Positions 24,917 to 31,813 of a DNA stretch of 53,083 nucleotides are shown in pieces. Location: the IMG/VR virus record IMGVR_UViG_3300029258_001854. One strand, given 5' to 3'. Made by a program: the position numbers and the translations under genes. Within the stretch, counting starts at the first letter, position 1, and every line of letters begins with the position of its first letter. The stretch is from a virus. Below the pieces are notes generated by a model that ran no database searches, was not told the origin of the DNA, and worked only from the letters and a program-made list of their open reading frames with translations.

Positions 24917-25018
24917 CTATATGGATACCCATTAGAACAAATACCGTGGATGCGGAGTGTTAATTGGGACAGGCGGTTTGTCCCCACTCATGCAACCGTC
25001 TAATGGGTATCCACATAG
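24917..25018 (+). ncRNA. Candidate stable RNA: 102-nt rod-like imperfect hairpin
   Basis: 24917-24936 pairs 19/20 with 24999-25018. Inner helices: TGC/GCA, GGAGTG/CACTC, GGGACA-7 nt-TGTCCC. Confidence 0.5.
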
Positions 25019-25161
25019 TATTTTATTGTTGAAGCATTATCAGGTGTATGGGCGTTGCAGGACGCTGCGACAGAGCAAGCGTGGCTCAGAGAAAATGGCC
25101 AACTCAAAACACGAGGGCTGCTTCTTAACTTTGGTGCGGTAGGTAACACCAGAGACTATGT

Positions 25162-25236
25162 GCCGATTTAGCTCAGAGGTAGAGCAGCTGATTTGTAATC
25201 AGCAGGTCGTCAGTTCGAATCTGACAGTCGGCTCCA
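25162..25236 (+). tRNA. tRNA-Thr (anticodon TGT), CCA encoded
   Basis: Acceptor GCCGATT/AGTCGGC, anticodon stem GCTGA/TCAGC, loop TTTGTAA, T GTCAG-TTCGAAT-CTGAC. Confidence 0.9.
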
Positions 25237-25256
25237 TTTAACAACAGGGGTGCAAT

Positions 25257-25364
25257 ATGCCTGGATCTGGAAAAGCAAAGCAGAAGAAGATGGCAAAGAA
25301 GAAGCGGCACAAGGAGTGCCTTGCCATCAAGCGCAAGAAGAAGGCTGAAAAGAAGGGGAAGTAG
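25257..25364 (+). CDS. Lys-rich micro-ORF (35 aa)
   Basis: MPGSGKAKQKKMAKKKRHKECLAIKRKKKAEKKGK. AGGGG lies upstream. The 3' end overlaps the next tRNA by 10 nt. Confidence 0.35.
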   Translation: MPGSGKAKQKKMAKKKRHKECLAIKRKKKAEKKGK

Positions 25365-25430
25365 CCCAACGGCAGAGGCAGGAGACTTAAAATCTCTACA
25401 GTGTGGGTTCGAATCCCACCTTCCCTACCA
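25355..25430 (+). tRNA. tRNA with anticodon TAA (Leu by anticodon) but a class I (5-nt) variable region, CCA encoded
   Basis: Exactly 76 nt with standard numbering. Acceptor GGGGAAG/CTTCCCT (G1.U72), loop CTTAAAA, variable ACAGT, T GTGGG-TTCGAAT-CCCAC, A73. Confidence 0.75.
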
Positions 25431-25448
25431 TTTTAATGAGGAATTTGA

Positions 25449-25592
25449 ATGATGCCTAGAATTGGTGATGATCTTACACTTGAGCCGCCTCTTGATCCTC
25501 CTGATGATGATGAAGTGTGCGATGATGAGTATGACTACTCAGATTATGAGTCAAAGGAAGACAATGCTGCGTACTGGGGTGACTGGGATTGA
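25449..25592 (+). CDS. Acidic micro-protein (47 aa)
   Basis: GAGGAATTTGAATG cassette. MMPRIGDDLTLEPPLDPPDDDEVCDDEYDYSDYESKEDNAAYWGDWD. Confidence 0.5.
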   Translation: MMPRIGDDLTLEPPLDPPDDDEVCDDEYDYSDYESKEDNAAYWGDWD

Positions 25593-25996
25593 CCTCTAAC
25601 ACTCTTTACATTCTCAGGGGTGTTCCTGGGTCTGGTAAGACCACTCTTGCCAACTTGATGACTATTGGATTCAATTCTGTGGACATTCATGCTGTGGCCT
25701 ATGCTGCTGATGATTACTTCACAGATGAGAATGGCAATTACAGGTTTGACAAGAAGCGTCTTGGCGAAGCTCATGATTGGTGCCAGGACAGAGTGCTCGC
25801 TGATATGAGAGCAAGGATTCCTGTCATCATTGTGCACAACACTTTCGTCCAGATTTGGGAGATGAAGCCGTATATGGATATGGCAGATGAGAGTGGTTAC
25901 ATTGTCAATGAGATTGTCTGTAAGGGGCGATGGATGAATCAGCATGGAGTCCCTGATGAAGTCATTATCAGTATGCAGAATCGTTGGGAAGATTGA
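25589..25996 (+). CDS. P-loop kinase-like ATPase (AAA_33/polynucleotide-kinase-like)
   Basis: TTG start with TTGA overlap. Walker A GVPGSGKTT. Short 135-aa kinase-sized fold. Confidence 0.65.
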   Translation: MTSNTLYILRGVPGSGKTTLANLMTIGFNSVDIHAVAYAADDYFTDENGNYRFDKKRLGEAHDWCQDRVLADMRARIPVIIVHNTFVQIWEMKPYMDMADESGYIVNEIVCKGRWMNQHGVPDEVIISMQNRWED

Positions 25997-26003
25997 TAAA
26001 TAA

Positions 26004-26080
26004 GCACCCGTAGCTCAGTTGGATAGAGCAGCTGCCTTCTAAGCAGCGGGTCGCAGGTTCGAGTCCTGCCGGGTGCGCCA
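26004..26080 (+). tRNA. tRNA-Arg (anticodon TCT), CCA encoded
   Basis: Acceptor GCACCCG/CGGGTGC, anticodon stem GCTGC/GCAGC, loop CTTCTAA, T GCAGG-TTCGAGT-CCTGC. Confidence 0.92.
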
Positions 26081-26125
26081 TCACCCAAACTTTAGGTTTT
26101 ATAACCCAAAAGAAAGGTGGAAAGC

Positions 26126-26356
26126 ATGAAGGTTTTCGAGGAAATCGGAAGGTTCTGGTCTGCTAAATCTTTGCTAGTTGGAAAGATTGGAGAACATGAA
26201 CACTGGAAAGTTTATAGTGAACTAGAGACTGGGAACATTATTGAGTATTACGAAGACGGGGAGTGCAAGAAGGAGTTGGTACTACCGTGGGAGCCAGAGC
26301 TATTGATTGCCATTGGCGAAGCGATCTGCGCTCTAGGGAAAACAAATAATGAATAA
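26126..26356 (+). CDS. Hypothetical small protein
   Basis: ATG at 26126 after AAAGGTGG. 76 aa. Confidence 0.55.
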   Translation: MKVFEEIGRFWSAKSLLVGKIGEHEHWKVYSELETGNIIEYYEDGECKKELVLPWEPELLIAIGEAICALGKTNNE

Positions 26357-26801
26357 GTCTAAAGAAGCAGAGGACCGCATTGAAACGCTCCAATCTGAAG
26401 TTGAAGAAAGAAAGCGCTTGTGGGTTGAAGCGATGGACGAGGCACAGACGCAGAAAGATCGCGCCGCTGCCGCCGAGGCCCGCGCCGCCGAGTTGGAGGA
26501 CGAGCTGCGCCGTCGCCAGGAGATCATCGACGACGCGCGCATTCGGATGGACAAGCTTGACCTCGCAGACCGGCTGGCGGAGGCGGCGAAACCCGCGATC
26601 AAGCAACTCTTTAGCTACGATCACGCACCCGGCGTCCGAGTGGCCGTCCCTCTCAAGGAGGCCCTCGCCGCCTACCACTCGGCGAAAGCTGTCGTGAACG
26701 ATCCGCACCCGGACACGGAGCGGCTGGACTGGCTCCTCCGTGTCTACCGTCTCGACCGTGAAGCAATCGACGCAGCGCGGGAGGGGAGTCGTGAGGATTA
26801 A
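26349..26801 (+). CDS. Hypothetical coiled-coil protein, strongly GC-rich gene
   Basis: 150 aa rich in A/R/E. Its composition contrasts sharply with flanking DNA. It lies between tRNA-Arg and tRNA-Ile. Confidence 0.6.
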   Translation: MNKSKEAEDRIETLQSEVEERKRLWVEAMDEAQTQKDRAAAAEARAAELEDELRRRQEIIDDARIRMDKLDLADRLAEAAKPAIKQLFSYDHAPGVRVAVPLKEALAAYHSAKAVVNDPHPDTERLDWLLRVYRLDREAIDAAREGSRED

Positions 26802-26819
26802 ACTGTTCTACTCGCCAGA

Positions 26820-26896
26820 GGGCCTGTAGCTCAACTGGTTAGAGCACACGTCTTATAAGCGTGCGGTTGTGGGTTCGAGTCCCACCAGGCCAACCA
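26820..26896 (+). tRNA. tRNA-Ile (anticodon TAT), CCA encoded, G1-A72 mismatch
   Basis: Acceptor GGGCCTG/CAGGCCA, D GCTC/GAGC, loop CTTATAA, T GTGGG-TTCGAGT-CCCAC. Confidence 0.85.
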
Positions 26897-26898
26897 TT

Positions 26899-27063
26899 AT
26901 GGGTAAAATAGTAATCTTCATAAGCATGGATGACCCACAAGAGAAGTGGGATGCTCTTTATGAGTATATCCGCAAATATGATATTGATGAAAGGGAGGTA
27001 GTTGATGATCTAGAATATGAAAATACAAACAAATTGAAGTTTTACTCAGAACCTGAAGATTGA
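26899..27063 (+). CDS. Hypothetical small acidic protein
   Basis: The ATG at 26899 lies just 3' of the tRNA. The longer tracked start would lie inside the tRNA. Confidence 0.5.
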   Translation: MGKIVIFISMDDPQEKWDALYEYIRKYDIDEREVVDDLEYENTNKLKFYSEPED

Positions 27064-27074
27064 AGGTAATGTAA

Positions 27075-27179
27075 ATGGAAGATGGTTACTGTGTAGTTTG
27101 TGGTGATTTTGATGAACTTGATTCGGAAAATTGCTGCCCAAACTGTGACCTAGATGAATTGGAAGAAGATGGCAATTAA
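27075..27179 (+). CDS. Zinc-ribbon micro-protein (34 aa)
   Basis: GAAGGTAATGTAAATG cassette. MEDGYCVVCGDFDELDSENCCPNCDLDELEEDGN. Confidence 0.45.
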   Translation: MEDGYCVVCGDFDELDSENCCPNCDLDELEEDGN

Positions 27180-27903
27180 AATCACTACAGTTGATGAGTC
27201 CATCAAAAGTCAAGGGCTAAAACTTCTTGTTTATGGCCTTTTGGGCACTGGTAAGACAGTTCTTGGAGCAACTCCTGCTAGTCAGGATAGCCCTGTGCTG
27301 TTTATCAATGCTGAAGGTGGTCTTTTGTCACTGAAAGATATGCCTTCTGAGAAGAAAAAGCATATTTCTGTGGCAACTGTGCGTGGTTTAGGTGATGTGG
27401 ATGAGATTTACAACACCCTTACCACCACAAAGGACTACAAATGGGTGGTACTTGACTCAATTTCTGAGATTGCTGAGGTTGTTCTAGCAGAACAGAAGAA
27501 GCAAGAAAGAGATGGGCGTGCCGCATACGGAAATCTGGCTGATATTATGAATGTCACGCTCAGATCTTTCCGTGATATTGAAGGCTACAATGTATACATG
27601 TCTGCAAAGATGACTCGTTATACAGACGAGATCACCAATCGCACCATGTATTGGCCTTTGATGCCTGGTAGGCAGCTTACCAATGGTATTGGGTACATTT
27701 TTGATGAGGTTTTTGCTCTAAGAGTGGAAACTGATCAGGAAGGTAACCAAACAAGATGGCTTCAGACGAGCAGAGATGTTCAATATGAAGCAAAAGACAG
27801 GTCTGGTAGACTAGATATGTTTGAAGAGCCTGACCTTAACCACATTGAAAATAAAATCAATGGAATTTCAGAGGAGAATGATAATGGCACGGCTTCCGCT
27901 TAA
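27169..27903 (+). CDS. RecA-fold AAA ATPase (AAA_24 / Sak4-like recombination protein)
   Basis: Walker A LLVYGLLGTGKT, Walker B WVVLDSISE. Adjacent to an SSB-like gene. Confidence 0.75.
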   Translation: MAIKITTVDESIKSQGLKLLVYGLLGTGKTVLGATPASQDSPVLFINAEGGLLSLKDMPSEKKKHISVATVRGLGDVDEIYNTLTTTKDYKWVVLDSISEIAEVVLAEQKKQERDGRAAYGNLADIMNVTLRSFRDIEGYNVYMSAKMTRYTDEITNRTMYWPLMPGRQLTNGIGYIFDEVFALRVETDQEGNQTRWLQTSRDVQYEAKDRSGRLDMFEEPDLNHIENKINGISEENDNGTASA

Positions 27904-28372
27904 TGACTTTCGGGCTTCCCAGCAGGAGAAGATGGGTTCTTTCACTCCTATCCCTGCCGGAGTCTACACAGCACAGATTACCAAGTCTGAAGTCAAGGAA
28001 ACGAGAGATGGAAATGGTCAGTATCTGAACCTGACCTTTACAATTCTCGATGGTGAGTATGTTAATCGTAATGTTTGGGCACGGCTGAACATTATCAATC
28101 AGAACCCTCAGACTGTTGAGATTGCAAATAAGGCTCTTGCTACTATCTGTGAGTGCTGCAATGTTGACGCACTTGATGACACAGAGCAGCTTCACAACTG
28201 TCCTATGGAAATCAACGTAATTGTCAAAGAGGCAACTGCTCAGTACCCTGCTCAAAATGATGTTCGGGGTTACACTGCTATTGCTGGAGTTACTGGTGGT
28301 CCTGTTTCAGGAGCTACTCCTGGTAATGGGGGTGATTCCTCTGGTGGGAAGACTCCTCCGTGGAATAAGTAG
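27884..28372 (+). CDS. SSB-like protein (DUF669-type)
   Basis: Start MARLPL after GAGGAGAATGATAATG. FTPIPAGVYTAQITKSEVKETRDGNGQYLNLTFTILDGEY matches my memory of DUF669. Gly-rich C-tail. Confidence 0.65.
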   Translation: MARLPLNDFRASQQEKMGSFTPIPAGVYTAQITKSEVKETRDGNGQYLNLTFTILDGEYVNRNVWARLNIINQNPQTVEIANKALATICECCNVDALDDTEQLHNCPMEINVIVKEATAQYPAQNDVRGYTAIAGVTGGPVSGATPGNGGDSSGGKTPPWNK

Positions 28373-28478
28373 ACAACAGTAAGGGTTTTTTGGACATTCC
28401 CTTGGGCTAAGTATCTTGTCAAACCGGGGGGTCGGGCAGGAAGGGACTGGAAGCGTTGGGTACTTTCAGGCTGTTGTT

Positions 28479-28715
28479 ATGGCTATATTTTCAAAGATAA
28501 ACAAACAAGATGATTCTCTTGTCGAGTTAGATCAAAATAAAGTTGATATGATTGCTTACATGCTTTTAGTTGAAAAGCAGAGTATGCAATACATTGAAGA
28601 TGAAATGCAAATACCAATCACTATACTTGAAAGTATAGTTGAAGCTAGAACGCATAAGAATAAGTGGCTAAATGCCATCGCCCGTTGGGGCAGACTCAAT
28701 TTAATTGAAATGTAA
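28479..28715 (+). CDS. Hypothetical small protein (HTH-like, tentative)
   Basis: 78 aa from the ATG at 28479. It ends in the string ATG TAA ATG TGA ATG. Confidence 0.45.
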   Translation: MAIFSKINKQDDSLVELDQNKVDMIAYMLLVEKQSMQYIEDEMQIPITILESIVEARTHKNKWLNAIARWGRLNLIEM

Positions 28716-28754
28716 ATGTGAATGCCTTCGACCTTTTGAGGGGTAACGGTTAGG

Positions 28755-30992
28755 GTGTTGACAGAATACGAATTTTTGGATCTTTTCCCAGGTAAACTCT
28801 GCTTTGTTACCTTGGATGACAAAAGACAAGATCCTACGCTTTTACATTATCATGAAGGATACAAGGAATCGCGTGAAGAGATTCTTTCAATCCTTCGCAA
28901 TGAAAACAAATCGAAAAACCATCGAGGTGTTTACTTTTGCGTTAATGAGATAGATCGCAATTTAGACTTGCCAAGGAAAAGAACTGAAGCGATGGTGATT
29001 CGCTTTAGGGCTGTGTTTCTTGATGATGACATAGTTCGTGATGAACCTAGGAATGATTTTAAAATCAAGCCTTCTATTGTTGTCGAATCAAGCCGTGGCA
29101 AGTATCATTATTATTGGCTAACTGATCTTCGTTTCACTGAGGAAAATGCTCAGGAATGGGACAAGGTCATGATAACGCTAATTGATGAGTATGATGGTGA
29201 TCCTGCTTGTAAGGATAGGGTGCGCATTCTTCGTGTGCCTAAATTCAAGCATCTGAAAGGAAAACCTTTCATATCCAGAGTTGTAGTCAATAATGATATC
29301 AAATATAGCTGGGATATAATCAAAGGTGCTTTTCCTCCCAGTGAGCATAGCAGGCCTACAATCAGGCTTACCAAAAAAGATGGTACAACTGAAAGGCTAA
29401 GGCTCAATGACTATAAAACTGCAACTGATCTAATAAGGTCTGGTCAAAACTATCATGATTCAATTAGATACCTTGGCTTACACTATTCGAACATGGGAAT
29501 GTCTGGTGAAGAGATACTTTCACTTTTACAGACTCTCATGGAAACCTGTGAGGTTAAGGATGATAGATGGCTCCAGAGATGCAATCAACTTGAAGATAAC
29601 CTCAAAGATTGGGTAAAGTTTGTAGAGGATAAGCCTCTTGAAACAACTCAGTTTGAAATTATCGAAGAGGGTGTACTTTCAACTGATCTTGAGTTCCCTC
29701 CTGGACTTATGGGTCAACTCTGCAAAGAATTCTATGAAATGGCTCCTCATCCAAATGAAGAGATTGCCATAGCAGGAGCATTCACTCTTGTTGCAGGAAT
29801 TATAGGCAGAGTTGTAAATATAAATGGAATGGGAACAAACCTTTATATAACACTTGTTGCAGAATCAGGACTTGGTAAAGATGCTGCAATCACCGGAATC
29901 AATAAAGCTCTGAGCATACCTGAGCTTATGAGCCAAGGCATTCAGATATTTCCTGAGCAATCTCCTACTGCTGAAAAAGGTCTTGTAAAGCTCATGTGGG
30001 ATTATCCATCAAGAATACTGGTTGATGATGAAGCTGGTATTATGGGGCAATCAAGATCAGGTGATCAGGCAACTCTGAGAGCATCTAAGCTGAAGATGTT
30101 TTCAGCATCCTCTGTTGGTTCAGTTTATACTGGTAGGCAATACTCCACAGATAGGATTCCATTTGTTAATGCACCTTGCTTGACTGTTCTTTCTGTATCA
30201 ACTCCTGCTATTTACGCAAAGTTGTTGTCAGATAGAGATGCAGCAAGAACTGGTGAACTTAACAGAATGTGGATGATTGAAACCAGAAGGATGAAGGCAT
30301 ATCTCAATAGAAATATGAAAAAGGATTTTTCTGATGAGGTGAAGGAAAGGATCAAAGATTTGGTCTTGTTCTCACATCAGATAAATAACAAAAGAACTGA
30401 TGGTCCTGCACAACCAACAGTGATACATATGGATATGTCAACAGTGCCATTCTTTGAAGATAATGATAAATGGACTGATATAGCAAATAAGGCAACTGAT
30501 CCTATCACTGCTCATGTTGCTAATAGAGCTCATGCCAAGATAGCAAAAGTCTCAACTATTGCATCTTTCTTCAATAGCCCTGATGGCAAATTAGGAATAG
30601 ATGAATACAAATGGGCTAGTGATGTTGTGTCTATTGAGCTTAGAAATGCACCTGTGTCTATGAATTCTCATGAGGACACAGATTTGTATTCTGTTGTCAA
30701 ATACACAATGATTCCTGCTATTAAATCCATCATGAATAATAGCAAGCATCAAAGACTCACTTCCCAGAATTGCTTTAGATGGTCACCTGTTCAGCAAAAG
30801 GTGAGATATAAGTGCAAGCCTCATGCAACTAGCTTCAAGTCTGGTGAGGAGGTTGTTCTTGACTATATGATGAGAGAAGCACTTGTAAGAAACATTGATT
30901 ATGAAAAAGACAAGATATTGTGCTCTCGTATGGGAGTTGACAGAAGACATGGCAGAATTCTGCTACTATCAGAGGCGGTGAATACATTCTAA
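28755..30992 (+). CDS. Primase-polymerase (AEP) fused to a P-loop helicase-like domain
   Basis: AEP motifs VFLDDD, SSRGKYHYYW and RILRVPKFKHLK. C-terminal Walker A LVAESGLGKD. 745 aa. Confidence 0.75.
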   Translation: MLTEYEFLDLFPGKLCFVTLDDKRQDPTLLHYHEGYKESREEILSILRNENKSKNHRGVYFCVNEIDRNLDLPRKRTEAMVIRFRAVFLDDDIVRDEPRNDFKIKPSIVVESSRGKYHYYWLTDLRFTEENAQEWDKVMITLIDEYDGDPACKDRVRILRVPKFKHLKGKPFISRVVVNNDIKYSWDIIKGAFPPSEHSRPTIRLTKKDGTTERLRLNDYKTATDLIRSGQNYHDSIRYLGLHYSNMGMSGEEILSLLQTLMETCEVKDDRWLQRCNQLEDNLKDWVKFVEDKPLETTQFEIIEEGVLSTDLEFPPGLMGQLCKEFYEMAPHPNEEIAIAGAFTLVAGIIGRVVNINGMGTNLYITLVAESGLGKDAAITGINKALSIPELMSQGIQIFPEQSPTAEKGLVKLMWDYPSRILVDDEAGIMGQSRSGDQATLRASKLKMFSASSVGSVYTGRQYSTDRIPFVNAPCLTVLSVSTPAIYAKLLSDRDAARTGELNRMWMIETRRMKAYLNRNMKKDFSDEVKERIKDLVLFSHQINNKRTDGPAQPTVIHMDMSTVPFFEDNDKWTDIANKATDPITAHVANRAHAKIAKVSTIASFFNSPDGKLGIDEYKWASDVVSIELRNAPVSMNSHEDTDLYSVVKYTMIPAIKSIMNNSKHQRLTSQNCFRWSPVQQKVRYKCKPHATSFKSGEEVVLDYMMREALVRNIDYEKDKILCSRMGVDRRHGRILLLSEAVNTF

Positions 30993-31813
30993 TGGTAAAA
31001 GTTCCCAAGATTGAAGAGAGTGCTGTAAGTTCAAATTACATTCTTAATCAAGTTAATGCCCCTCAAGGAAGACCTAGCAGAAGGTTGGGTATGTCAACAC
31101 TTGGTGAAGACTGTGTTCGTAAAATGTGGTATAGGTTTAGGTGGGCTAAGCAAGGAAATATCACTAGAAGGATACAGCGCTTGTTTGATGCTGGTCATTT
31201 ATATGAAGACCAAGTTATCAAATCACTTGTTGAAGCAGGAATGGAAGTTACAGATCAGCAAGACATGCTTCTTGGATGGGCTGGTCATATTGTAGGGTAT
31301 ATTGATGGTGTAGTAACCAATGTTCCTGAAGCTCCTAAAACACCTCACCTGCTTGAAGTTAAAACAATGAATGATAGAAATTTCAAAGAGTTCAAGAAGA
31401 AAGGCATTCAGAAATCACATCCAAAGTATTACAGCCAGGCCCAGGCATACTGTGGTAAGAAGAAGCTAACCAGGATCTTGTTTGCTTGTATAAACAAGAA
31501 TGACTCTGAGCTTTGGACTGAAAGATTACACTTTGATGATGATCACTATAGGTTCATCATGAATAGAGGTATGGATGTTGTAGGCTCTGAATTAGCACCT
31601 CCTAATGTAATTGCAGATAGAGGTAATTTTGCATGCAGATTCTGTGATTATTCAGATATTTGCTATGATGGTGCTAATGCAAAGCAAACATGTAGAAGTT
31701 GTAAGTATGCTGACCTAGAAAATGAGGGTAAGTGGTCTTGTAGTCTTCATGAAAAGGATCTTAGCAATGAAGACCAAGAAAAGGGCTGCCATCACTACAT
31801 AACTATAATCTAA
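30992..31813 (+). CDS. Cas4/RecB-family PD-(D/E)XK exonuclease with 4-Cys cluster
   Basis: IDGVV...LLEVKT, QAQAY, an N-terminal Cys (GEDCVRK) plus CRFCDYSDIC (C-X2-C-X5-C). Confidence 0.8.
   Translation: MVKVPKIEESAVSSNYILNQVNAPQGRPSRRLGMSTLGEDCVRKMWYRFRWAKQGNITRRIQRLFDAGHLYEDQVIKSLVEAGMEVTDQQDMLLGWAGHIVGYIDGVVTNVPEAPKTPHLLEVKTMNDRNFKEFKKKGIQKSHPKYYSQAQAYCGKKKLTRILFACINKNDSELWTERLHFDDDHYRFIMNRGMDVVGSELAPPNVIADRGNFACRFCDYSDICYDGANAKQTCRSCKYADLENEGKWSCSLHEKDLSNEDQEKGCHHYITII

Noticed and set aside
24957-25142. 61-aa ORF in the tRNA-cluster gap
   Set aside because: It starts with GTG inside the stem of the 102-nt hairpin and has no SD. The structural RNA explanation fits the sequence better.
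25544-25945. 133-aa minus-strand ORF
   Set aside because: It is antisense to the P-loop kinase gene, which has a clear Walker A motif.
28710-28754. A 5-codon ORF (ATG CCT TCG ACC TTT TGA) as a real gene upstream of the primase
   Set aside because: It is too short to support as a gene. I treat it as part of the chained start-stop initiation region. The primase probably starts at the GTG at 28755 after GAGGGG.
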